64,000 bases of DNA from positions 700,469-764,468 of the forward strand of contig CP070758.1 of assembly GCA_020348925.1 (NCBI GenBank), read 5' to 3'. Positions 32,518 to 42,375 of this stretch are shown here, piece after piece. The notes under the pieces were generated by a model that saw only the letters and a program-made list of their open reading frames with translations, was not told the DNA's origin and searched no databases. Numbering within the stretch: position 1 is the first letter of the stretch; every line of letters starts with the position of its first letter. The translations under genes were made by a program, and so were the position numbers. The DNA comes from Gemmatimonadota bacterium (GTDB lineage: Bacteria; JBHIER01; G020348925).

Positions 32518-32943
32518 ATGATACAGCAGAAAGCATTTTATCTGAAAATTCGCGACAGTATCCTGATACTCCTCGTATCATTTTTATCCATCAGTACTCT
32601 CAATTGCATCCAAAAGAGCTCAGCGAACCTTGAAGAGGAAGCGCTTCTTCAGCTCCGTGATTTCTTTGATAAGCAAAACAAATTGTTCGAGCGTCAGAAG
32701 AGATACGAGTTTCAACAAGTTTTGCATTTTAAGAAATTGAATAGAAAGAGAGCCGAGGTCACCTTGGAATACAAATTCATCGACAACTATATGACTGTAG
32801 ACCGAACGGAGGAGATCAAACGCAGCACATTTCTTCTCCAGTGGCAGGATAAAGGGAAGCTCGTCGTAACGCCTGATGGCGAAACCCAAAGGGTTCGCTG
32901 GGTACTCTCTCGAACATGGGACTATGATCGAGAGAAACAGTAG
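32518..32943 (+). CDS. Hypothetical protein, possible lipoprotein
   Basis: Hydrophobic stretch ending in TLNC. No recognisable family. Confidence 0.5.
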   Translation: MIQQKAFYLKIRDSILILLVSFLSISTLNCIQKSSANLEEEALLQLRDFFDKQNKLFERQKRYEFQQVLHFKKLNRKRAEVTLEYKFIDNYMTVDRTEEIKRSTFLLQWQDKGKLVVTPDGETQRVRWVLSRTWDYDREKQ

Positions 32944-32998
32944 GATTTATTTATAAGGGGAGTCACTAATTTTTCGCTTATCTCAAGAGGAGGTTCCT

Positions 32999-33472
32999 AT
33001 GTCCTTCATAAAGAGCATGGTTGTTCTATCAATCATGCTTGCGTTTCTGATATTCTTTCTGAGCTGCACTGCCGGACCGGAGTCGAGGTTCGTCGAGAGG
33101 CCGGCTGGCTTCTGGGCCGGTCTGTGGCACGGGCTCATCTGCGTCATCGCCTTCATCATCAGTCTCTTCTCGGACAGTGTCAGAATGTACGAAGTGAGCA
33201 ATACCGGAGGCTGGTACGACTTCGGATTCATCCTCGGTGCCTGCATCGCCCTGGGAGGAAGCGGAGGGGCCAGCTGGAAGAAGAAAAAACGGCGCAAGAA
33301 ATTTAAAGATGAGGAGTGGGAGGAGATTGCCAAGAAGGTTGAAGAGAAAGTCCGCAAGGGTATCAAAGAGTGGCTCGATGAATCCGAAAAGAAGGAGGAT
33401 GAGTGGGAGGAGATCGGCCGTAAGATCGAAGAGAAAATCAAACGAAAGCTCCGCGACTGGGCGGAGGAATAG
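32999..33472 (+). CDS. Hypothetical membrane lipoprotein with a charged helical C-terminal tail
   Basis: RBS GAGGAGGT, lipobox-like FLSC, PAGFWAGLWHG...YDFGF membrane motif, duplicated EWEEIxxKxEEK(V/I)xx.L.(E/D)W. Confidence 0.75.
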   Translation: MSFIKSMVVLSIMLAFLIFFLSCTAGPESRFVERPAGFWAGLWHGLICVIAFIISLFSDSVRMYEVSNTGGWYDFGFILGACIALGGSGGASWKKKKRRKKFKDEEWEEIAKKVEEKVRKGIKEWLDESEKKEDEWEEIGRKIEEKIKRKLRDWAEE

Positions 33473-33548
33473 GAACACTGTGAAGGTACATTGTGCCCGA
33501 CGTCAATCGTAACGGTTCATATTTCTTAATGCGAAAGGAGGGGTGTTG

Positions 33549-33947
33549 ATGCGACAGGTTCATTCTGCAGTACCTGTTCTTCTCGTGGTCGCAGTTTTGA
33601 TCTTCGCCAGCAGCTGTGCGGTGCGCTACGTTGCCAATCTTCACGAGCACCAGGACATCCTGATCATGACGGGTGACTATCCCGGCAACTTCGAGTCGAA
33701 GGGAAAAATCGTCTATGTGACGAAGTCTTATTTTCTCTTCCACTTCTTCGGTATCGGACTCGAGACCCAATTGGGACCGAAGCTGACCCAGACCATGAAG
33801 GAGGAACTGGCAGCTATGGCCAAGGAGCAGGGCGGTGATGCCGTTGTCAACCTGCAATACAGTGTCTCCGTCTATCCCATCTTGCCTATCATTTGGGGAG
33901 GGGCTACAGCAACGGTGACGGGAGAGGTGATCAAACGCCTCGATTGA
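33549..33947 (+). CDS. Lipoprotein with a YbjQ/heavy-metal-binding-like domain
   Basis: Lipobox ASSC; MAKEQGGDAVVNL...ATVTGEVI; RBS AAAGGAGG. Confidence 0.65.
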   Translation: MRQVHSAVPVLLVVAVLIFASSCAVRYVANLHEHQDILIMTGDYPGNFESKGKIVYVTKSYFLFHFFGIGLETQLGPKLTQTMKEELAAMAKEQGGDAVVNLQYSVSVYPILPIIWGGATATVTGEVIKRLD

Positions 33948-34171
33948 GATTGTTGAAAGATTTCTTTTTCGCTTGGATCCACCTCTGGTTCAAGCCAAAA
34001 GCCCATGACAGCCCTGTTGTTTCCGGATTGCCCGCGCAAGTCTTGTGTGAGAATTGTGGGAGTGATAGGTATCTCTTGAGGAAAGGTCGGGAAAGCGATA
34101 TTTAGTCCTTCGGCTCCACGTAGAAGGAATAAGGTTATAGAAGTTGGGATGTCCACCTGGGTGTTGAGACT

Positions 34172-34783
34172 ATGTCAATCAAGCGAACCTGCCTGCATAT
34201 TGTTTTCTCTTTGTTTATGCTTATATACTGTGGCGGAGAACATGAGGGCTCTCCGAAGATTGAGCAGCTATCCTTCGCAGTCTGCGACTCCTTGTTGGGA
34301 TCAGTCTACGTTGACTCAATATCGCGATTCTCTTTTCATCCGCCGTTGGGGTGGGAGCAAGTGCCAGATACTACGTTGTATGAAGCAAAGAGAAAACTCA
34401 CGGAGGCAATGGATCCGAACGAAAGTATTCGGATAGAACCACTCCAGTTTTTTATTGATGTTCGAAGCAGGAGCTCCTGTTGCCTGTCACGATTGACAGG
34501 GTTCCATGTAACGAATCAGACTCTCGATTCATTGGGTGAATATAGATCGCTGCTCAAAGCCAAGTTCCCCGAGACGAAAATCGAGGAGGGCGCGTTTCGG
34601 GTTGATGATGTGAACGTCTATCAATTTCTCATCACCGATAACGAACGAGTCACTTTTAAATTGGTCTGTTGTGGGTCTTCCCGGCAGGTCGTTCAAGTCG
34701 ATTACGTCGTTCCTTTTTCGCTCTATCGTGAAAGTATAAAGGCCATTGAGTCTTCCATCGGCTCCTTCAAAATGCTCCCCTGA
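34172..34783 (+). CDS. Hypothetical lipoprotein
   Basis: Signal-like N-terminus ending in LIYC, FSFHPPLGW, and C-terminal IESSIGSF reminiscent of PsbP/DcrB-like folds. Confidence 0.6.
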   Translation: MSIKRTCLHIVFSLFMLIYCGGEHEGSPKIEQLSFAVCDSLLGSVYVDSISRFSFHPPLGWEQVPDTTLYEAKRKLTEAMDPNESIRIEPLQFFIDVRSRSSCCLSRLTGFHVTNQTLDSLGEYRSLLKAKFPETKIEEGAFRVDDVNVYQFLITDNERVTFKLVCCGSSRQVVQVDYVVPFSLYRESIKAIESSIGSFKMLP

Positions 34784-34798
34784 CGAAAGGAGGTGACC

Positions 34799-35095
34799 AT
34801 GTACCGTAAAGTGACAGCGCTTCTTCTCTTGTGTCTTTTCATTGTGTCCCTGGTAGGGTGTGCGGCTCACATTCACAAAGTGGGCAAGGGTCCCCAAGGA
34901 TACACAAAAATTCAAGAGCGCCAGTGGTATGTTCTGTGGGGTTTGGTCCCCATAAACAATGTTGATAGCGCCCAATTGGCTGGAGATGCTGCAGACTACG
35001 AAGTGAAAACCGAGCAGGCAGCACTGGATGTCATCATCAATATCTTCACTTCATATGTAAGTGTTGTCTCACGTACCGTAACAGTTACCAAGTGA
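34799..35095 (+). CDS. Bor-family-like small lipoprotein
   Basis: RBS AAGGAGGT, lipobox LVGC, RQWYVLWGLVPIN...SRTVTVTK. Confidence 0.7.
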   Translation: MYRKVTALLLLCLFIVSLVGCAAHIHKVGKGPQGYTKIQERQWYVLWGLVPINNVDSAQLAGDAADYEVKTEQAALDVIINIFTSYVSVVSRTVTVTK

Positions 35096-35549
35096 TAATG
35101 GTGTTTCCCAGCAGCGAGATACCGGTGGAAGACCAATGGCTTTCTTTGAAACGAATTTGCCGATCGAGATTCTTCGGTTTTCCTTCATGCTACCAGTTGA
35201 GCTTTGACTACCACACCGGCAAACAAAGTACTCAACAGCGAACCTGAATTGTTCGTAAAGAATACGGAGTGTGTTCTTCCGGCAATCTGCGAGCTGTTGC
35301 CAGACAGCTTTTTCAACTCCTCTTCGTGCCGTTTTGAAAGACACTGTGTGCCATTTCGATTCCCGGAACAGGCTTCCGTGAGAAATCTGTTTGAAGCACC
35401 GCTTTCACAGTAGCGATGCTTTCTCAGAAGAGCGTTTCATGAATGAATCNNNNNNNNNNNNNNNNNNNNNNNNNNNNNNNNNNNNNNNNNNNNNNNNNNN
35501 NNNNNNNNNNNNNNNNNNNNNNNNNNNNNNNNNNNNNNNNNNNNNNNNN

Positions 35550-35819
35550 AGGATGAACTACGATATTATCAAAGCCAAGCCTACTCAGTTCTCGATGAAT
35601 CCAGAATCCACAGAATCCGGCTTCGTAGACGCTATGGTATCGACCACCGGGATAGTGGCGATGCATGTGCCGGGCCAGAATAGAAGGAGACGGATCCATA
35701 GAAAAGGTCTTTAACTCCATGTCATGATGCCGAATGGTGACCCTCCATTGCCTGGCATGAACATCCAGACCAAGAAAAAAATCTTGACCTGAAAAATCTA
35801 TACCTTTACTTGTACACAT
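35550..35819 (-). mobile_element. IS110-family transposase, N-terminal DEDD/RuvC-like part (truncated by gap)
   Basis: FLGLDVH...SVYEAGFCGFWIHRELSRLGFDNIVVHP. Sits at a contig edge, as expected for a multicopy element. Confidence 0.9.
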
Positions 35820-35885
35820 GGTAGTCCTCCTTTCTTTGTGAGTGTGTACGCTTACATCTCTAAATTAAAGAAAGGAGACTACCAT
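35818..35885 (-). promoter_or_regulatory. Inverted repeat sequestering the IS110 transposase RBS and start codon
   Basis: Plus-strand ATGGTAGTCCTCCTTTCTTT (35818-35837) and AAAGAAAGGAGACTACCAT (35867-35885) are complementary except for one bulged base. Confidence 0.75.
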
Positions 35886-36307
35886 ACCTATTGACTTTCT
35901 AACATAATTTCTTTGATATCAAAGATAACCATTACTTTAGAATCGGATAGAAAAATAGCTGTTTCTCCCGAAAGTCACAGAATTCACTTTACAAATAGTA
36001 TTCATTACGCTTCGACAAAAGTTATCTTCCTTTTTCATGTAAAAATATACTCCCATGATTCATTTTCACAATTACAATATTCCAAAGAATTGTGATTTAA
36101 CTTGCTTCAATTGTGAGCACACAAGAATCTGCAACTCGTGTCCCAATACATTATGAAATATACTCGACACACTGACATTACTATCACCGACCTATTAATA
36201 ATATAGAAGAAAATTTTGTAGAATCTCCATTTCACGGGAGCCTTATCAGTTAGAACGCAGCTGTTGCTACTAAATTTTGTGCATCACGAACAGTTCCACA
36301 AAAACTC

Positions 36308-36336
36308 TTGACATGAAATGAGCTGAATATTATATT
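36308..36336 (+). promoter_or_regulatory. Sigma-70-type promoter upstream of the cohesin/dockerin gene pair
   Basis: TTGACA-17 bp-TATATT in an AT-rich intergenic region. Confidence 0.6.
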
Positions 36337-36552
36337 TTATACTGATGTGTCAGAAATCCAGAGCATAACATTACTATCCACACATATTTGGGTCAATAAA
36401 ATGTCCAACCTCAATTCTTAAATATAGGCTTCTATTACTTGAAAGTCGCAGAAGAAATGTTCGACTGAGGCTTTGAACCTGATAGAGTTCATGGTGAAAG
36501 GAGTTAAACGTAGCCCATGATTGATTCATTTTCAAAAAAGGAGGTTCGAACC

Positions 36553-38571
36553 ATGACCAAGAAACGTGAGATACTGATTCGTGCCGCGGGGAAAGCGGTT
36601 TTCTTAGAAACAGTCGCATTCCTTGTTTGTGTATTGGCAGGCATGATCTGTGATCCTGCTTTTGCATATGAGGAAGGTCCAAGGAGCCCGGGTACAATAG
36701 TGAATTTTCTATATATCGCAGGTTCTTACGACTGGAACGATCCGGCCAATGCTGCTGCAAGCGATAATGCTAAAGCGCAAATACGTATGGATTGGAGCGA
36801 GTCGGGAGCACCTGATGAGCTCACATCAAAGTTTTTAGTTGCAACAGATTTTGGATTCACCATACCACCTGGAGCTACAATTGACGGAATCGAGGTGGAA
36901 TGGGAGAAAGGAGCATGGGCATGGTGTGATTATATTATGCAACCTGGAGGGCAACATTGTCCTCACAAACGTTCCGCTCATGATGAAGCAGTCAGAATAG
37001 TAAAACCAGTAACTATTGCCCCTGGTGTGGAGATCTGGTTTATTGGCACAACGGACAGATCTATTGGGGGAGTATGGCCAGAATGGGATACCTATGTTGC
37101 ACATGGTGGATCCAGCGATTTGTGGGGTGAATCTTGGACTCCCGCCGATATAAATAGTCCTAATTTCGGTGCCGCTATCGCAACGCATGCCCAATATGAG
37201 GTCCAAGTAACTGATTATATGTTTATCGACCATGTCCGTATTACCGTTTACTATACCGGTGGGAATGAGACAAGAGGGGGATGCTGCCTCGCAGACAATT
37301 CCTGTATAGAATCCAGCTCGGAGGATTGTGAACCATTATACGGTGGCACCTATCAGGGTGACAACACCGACTGCAGCGGCCTGGAGGCCTGTTGTCTGCC
37401 GGATGGAAGCTGCGTGATGGCCGATTCTACTTGCTGTGTTAACGAGCTTGGTGGCACTCCCCAAGGATCGGGATCACAGTGCACGGCAGTGACAGGGTGC
37501 TGCCTTCCGGACGGATCATGTATCAGTGTCGATTCGATTTGCTGCCTGGGTCAGGGCGGCACGCCCCTGGATCTTGGTGTCCAGTGTGCGGATACCGGTG
37601 ACGTGAATGCTGGTGGTTACATCAGCATGCAGGACGCCCAGTGTGCCTTTAAGAGGTTTATCCTGGGCGATCAGACATGGACACACCCGGACTTACAGGA
37701 ATGTGTCAGTCTGGAGTGGTGTGGCAGTGCTGGGTCAGAGTTTCGTGCTGATGCCAATTGTGATGGAAGTATCACTGCCTCTGATGCGTTGTGTCTCGCC
37801 TGGAGATCACTCAAGGGGACCTGGTACGATCCGCAGCCGGGGGACAACTGCGGATGTTTGAGTTCACCAAAACAGGTGGTGACAACTAATAGGAGCGAAC
37901 ACGTAACCTCCGTAAAGCTTGGAACAGTGGAAGGGGCTGTTGGTCAAAGGGTCTCGGTACCAATTGTAATGGACAATCCCCGGGATCTGGATGCCTTTGG
38001 ACTTGAGCTGAGATATCCAGATGATCTGTTAGAATTTGTAGGAGTTTCCAAAACGCCGGTTACGGAGAATTGGATGGTTATTGAAGGAGCTGTCACTCAG
38101 GAAGGTATTCTCCGTGTGGGCGGTTTTCACACTGAGCCTTTGAAGATGAGTGGACCTGTGCCGGTTGCTGAGCTGGTATTTATCGTAAAGAACAGGGCTC
38201 TCGATTCTGACCAATTGATCGTTACTGAGGTGATGGATGATGTGGCAGGGGCGGAGATCCATAGTGCGGCGGTGAATACCAGGCCCATACCCAACGATTA
38301 CGTGCTGGAGCAGAATTATCCAAATCCTTTCAATTCGGAGACGAGAATCAGATATCAACTGCCCGAATCCGGTCATGTCGTCCTGAGTGTGTACAATGTC
38401 ATGGGCCAGGAAATCAGAAGACTGGTTGATGGAATACAGGATACCGGCGTATACATAATTGTCTGGGACGGGCACGACAGCTCCGGTGTTATGAGTCCGT
38501 CAGGGGTATATATCTATCGCATGGAAACCGGAAATTTTGTGAGCACTAAGAAAATGCTCCAGGTTAAATAG
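36553..38571 (+). CDS. Secreted modular protein: unknown beta domain, Cys-rich repeats, dockerin-like, cohesin-like, T9SS/FlgD-type C-terminal domain
   Basis: RBS AAGGAGGT and signal peptide. ACCLPDGSC repeats; TGDVNAGGYISMQDA...RADANCDGSITASDAL; VSVPIVMDNPRDLDAFGLELRYP; LEQNYPNPFN...WDG...PSGVYIYRM...KKMLQVK. Confidence 0.85.
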   Translation: MTKKREILIRAAGKAVFLETVAFLVCVLAGMICDPAFAYEEGPRSPGTIVNFLYIAGSYDWNDPANAAASDNAKAQIRMDWSESGAPDELTSKFLVATDFGFTIPPGATIDGIEVEWEKGAWAWCDYIMQPGGQHCPHKRSAHDEAVRIVKPVTIAPGVEIWFIGTTDRSIGGVWPEWDTYVAHGGSSDLWGESWTPADINSPNFGAAIATHAQYEVQVTDYMFIDHVRITVYYTGGNETRGGCCLADNSCIESSSEDCEPLYGGTYQGDNTDCSGLEACCLPDGSCVMADSTCCVNELGGTPQGSGSQCTAVTGCCLPDGSCISVDSICCLGQGGTPLDLGVQCADTGDVNAGGYISMQDAQCAFKRFILGDQTWTHPDLQECVSLEWCGSAGSEFRADANCDGSITASDALCLAWRSLKGTWYDPQPGDNCGCLSSPKQVVTTNRSEHVTSVKLGTVEGAVGQRVSVPIVMDNPRDLDAFGLELRYPDDLLEFVGVSKTPVTENWMVIEGAVTQEGILRVGGFHTEPLKMSGPVPVAELVFIVKNRALDSDQLIVTEVMDDVAGAEIHSAAVNTRPIPNDYVLEQNYPNPFNSETRIRYQLPESGHVVLSVYNVMGQEIRRLVDGIQDTGVYIIVWDGHDSSGVMSPSGVYIYRMETGNFVSTKKMLQVK

Positions 38572-38619
38572 TAGATACATTCAGACACCAGTCACTTTCC
38601 TAACCATGGGTGAACAGTG

Positions 38620-41600
38620 ATGAATACTTATATAAAGAGTTTTATCCTCTGGTTTTTGATAGCCCTGCCCTCAGTATGCTTCGGTTTCCATGAGGTCAGT
38701 CCTCCGGATATAATGAAAGCATGTATGGGAGATACGGTCTCTCTGCCCCTGAACCTGACCTACGACGAAGTTCCGCCTCTCCCCATTGATGCCTTTCAGT
38801 TCGACGTTGCCTATCCGACTGAACTGCTTACGTTTATCGGGATCGATACATCCGGTAGCCTGACGGGAGGGTGGACCTTCATGGATGGTATCGAGAACAC
38901 ACCAGGTGTGATCACCCTGGGTGGATACTCCTATCCCGGACAGATTACTACTTCCGGCGTTCTCGTGTTCGTCACGTTTTCCGTGGACACTACGGGCGGT
39001 CCGCTTCCGGTGAGTGTGAGTGGCTTCACCGATGACCTCGCCGGCGCGACGACGACAGACGGTCTGTTACAAACCGGGGTGAACGATGTCAGTCCTCCCG
39101 GGATGTTGAAAGGATGTGTGGGCAACACGGTCACTCTTCCCTTGATCTTGACGTACGATGGATGTCCGCCTGAGCCCATAGATGCGTTTCAGTTCGACGT
39201 CACTTATCCGACGACCCTGTTCACGTTTGTCGGAGTCGATACCACGGGCAGCCTCACTTCAGGATGGACGTTCATGGACGGAGTCGAGAATACGCCCGGA
39301 GTGATCACTTTGGGGGGATACTCGTATCCTGGACAGATTTCCTCTTCAGGTGTGCTGGTGAATGTCATATTTTCGGTGACGGCAGAAGGCGGTCCTCTGC
39401 CGGTATCCCTCAGTCAGTTCACCGATGATCTTGCCCGGGCGAGGACGACCGCCGGTCTGTTTAAAACCAGTGCCAACGATGTCAGTCCCCCGGAGTTGAC
39501 GGAAGGATGTCCGGGCGACACCGTTTCTCTTCCCCTGACCCTGACATACGACGGATGCCCTCCTCAACCCATCGATGCATTTCAGTTCGACCTTACCTTT
39601 CCGACAACCCTGCTTTCATTTATCGAAGTTGATCCTTCCGGCAGTCTGACCGAAGGTTGGACCTTCATAGACGGAACTGAGAACACACCAGGCGTGATCA
39701 CCCTGGGAGGTTACAACTACCCTGGGCAGATCAGCACTTCCGGGATTTTGGTGTATATCAACTTTAAAGTGACAGCATCAGGCGGCCCTCTTCCGGTGAG
39801 CCTCGATCAGTTCATCGATGACCTGGTCGGATCACGTTCGACCGCAGGCGCTTTTACGGGTGAATCGGACGTTGATGGTGATGAAACCTGTGATGATGAT
39901 GACAACTGTCCCAATACGGCCAACGCAGATCAGCTGGATAGTGACCAGGACGGCGCGGGGGACGTGTGCGATGTCTGTCCGAATGATCCCGACTACGATA
40001 TTGATGGTGACGGGGTATGCGGAGACGTGGATAACTGCCCCGATGTTGCCAACACCGGTCAGGAAGACGGAGACGGAGACGGCACCGGCGACGTCTGTGA
40101 CGCCTGTACCGACACTGATGGCGACGGCTACGGCAATCCCGGCTATCCGGCCAACACCTGTACCGAGGATAATTGTCCCTATGTTTCAAATCCCGGTCAG
40201 GAGGATGAAGATGGTGATGGCATCGGGGATGTCTGCGATATCTGCACCGACACCGACGGCGACGGGTATGGCAACCCGGGATACCCGGTCAACATCTGCT
40301 CCGATGACAACTGTCCCGATGAGGCCAATGCCGGGCAGGAGAATGCTGACAATGACGGCTTCGGAGATATCTGCGACATCTGTCCATACGATCCTGACAA
40401 TGATATAGACAACGACGGTGTCTGCGGTGACGTTGATAACTGCCCTGAAAAAGCCAATACCAATCAAAAGGATTCAGACTCAGATGGAGTCGGGGACATG
40501 TGTGATAACTGCCTCGTCGTTCCCAATCCCGGCCAGGAGGATGCCGACGGGGACGGTATCGGTGATGTCTGTGATGGCCCGGAACTCATCATCACCATGG
40601 ACGCGGAGTATTCCAGAGAAAATGGAGAAAAGCGGAAAGGCGATTGCATATTAGGGGGGAGTGGTGTCGTCGGGCCGGGGGATGTACTCGTCATAAAGGT
40701 GCTTGTCGAGAACGTGGGCTATTCCGAAGCTACGGGTGCATCATATTACAGCGACTCCTTCGAATATTTGAGTCTGGTTGTGGGAAGCGTAACAACTACC
40801 GAAGGATCCGTCATGCAGGGCAATACTCCGGGGGATGCGGCAGTCGAAGTCGATGTAGGGACGATCCCCGGTGGGGGAACGGTTGAGATCACCTACCAGG
40901 TCGCCATCGACGATCCTCTGCCGCCTGATGTGACCGTCATCATACATCAAGGCACGGTCAACAGCAACGAGTTCGGTTCAACGCTGGCTGAGTGCATCCA
41001 TACCTTTGATGGTATCGTCCGAATCTACATTGGTGAGCCCATCGTTTCTGTCTTCATCTCGCCTGAGCTGAGCATTGTCAAGCCGGACTCCCAGTTTCAG
41101 GTGTGCATCGAGGTGGATTCGGCAACGGCTGAGATGTGGATCAATTCAGTCTACGCCTTGATAACCTTTAACAGCATTCTGCTTGATTCGGTCAAGGTAC
41201 CCACTTTTGAGGGGACGCTTCTCGATTCCTCAGGCTGGGATATGAAGTGGCATTATTATCCAGGTCCAACGGATACTCTGGAGCTGTGGCTCATCGGTGG
41301 AGGTGTGGGGAATACAGGTGTAACCGGCTCAGGCCCCATCGTCTGCTGGGAGTTTCGGGTGAGAGACGATATATATGGGACGATGCCCGGGGATACGACC
41401 TCCATTCGTTTTTCCAAATTCTGGTTCAACGAGGGCCAACCAATGTCGGAGACGGAGAACGGATTCTTTATGGTCAACCGCGAGCCTGAGTTTGTTACCC
41501 TCCTACCAGATACCATTCACATTGCCGAGATGCACGAATTGTGCCTGGATATTGAAGCCGTCGATCCGGATCCGGATTCCATGTTCCTTTGGCTGGAACT

Positions 41601-41755
41601 GGATCCCTACCCCTGCGACGGAGCCCAGCCGGATACGGCCTATGGCCGCGGCTCGGTCAGTCTGGAGTGGTGCTGGACTCCACCGAAGATGGGAGCATGC
41701 GATACCCTGGCCTGCAGCCTCTTTGTCAAGAGCACCATGCCCGATTCGCTCATGG
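38620..41755 (+). CDS. Scaffoldin-like secreted protein: 3 tandem cohesin-like domains, thrombospondin type-3 repeats, DUF11-like domain, fourth cohesin-like domain (3' truncated)
   Basis: Three ~131-aa repeats (GDTVSLPL.LTYD...IDAFQFD..YP...SGVLV.V.F.V). Many DNCP...N..Q.D.DGDG.GDVCD units. Later segment QFQVCIEVD...ITFNS...VTGSGPIVCWEFRV. Confidence 0.85.
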
Positions 41756-41934
41756 NNNNNNNNNNNNNNNNNNNNNNNNNNNNNNNNNNNNNNNNNNNNN
41801 NNNNNNNNNNNNNNNNNNNNNNNNNNNNNNNNNNNNNNNNNNNNNNNNNNNNNNNCATTCCCGAACTGATCACGCGTCATCCTGGTTTCACTGAACTGCC
41901 ATTCCGTGCTCACCTGCCACACCGACCAAACAAA

Positions 41935-42019
<85 letters not shown>

Positions 42020-42109
42020 ATAAAAATAAAATCAGATGATAGTGAGAACTCCTTCGAAGCATAGAACAATCTCAATTCCATACCCCGAACAGCCTCTGCG
42101 CTCTCGAAG

Positions 42110-42184
42110 TGGAGCTGGCGATAGGAGTCGAACCTACAACCTGCTGATTACAAATCAGCTGCTCTACCGTTGAGCCACGCCAGC
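42110..42184 (-). tRNA. tRNA-Thr(TGT)
   Basis: GCTGGCGTGGCTCAACGGTAGAGCAGCTGATTTGTAATCAG...GGTTCGACTCC...CCA. The Thr-Tyr order matches the start of the classic tufB tRNA cluster. Confidence 0.97.
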
Positions 42185-42281
42185 AAAAACTTCCGAGCTT
42201 TTACCGCCCAAATCCAGCAATCGAGATTCTATCACCTGAATATTGTCAGCATTTCATAAAAATGCTTTTGGTAAACCGCCA

Positions 42282-42309
42282 AATCTAATGCTTTTTCTGA
42301 CAATGTCAA
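42282..42309 (-). promoter_or_regulatory. Sigma-70-type promoter of the tRNA operon
   Basis: Minus strand TTGACA-16 bp-TAGATT, followed by GGCGG. Confidence 0.6.
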
Positions 42310-42375
42310 CCCATTTTTTGCATTTTTTCTTACAAATTTCAATATTTTTTTCAAGCCCCCAAAACCTTATTTTCT

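Noticed and set aside
35096-35449. Possible continuation of the IS110 transposase to the left of the gap
   Set aside because: No frame gives IS110 C-terminal motifs, and it is on a different contig.
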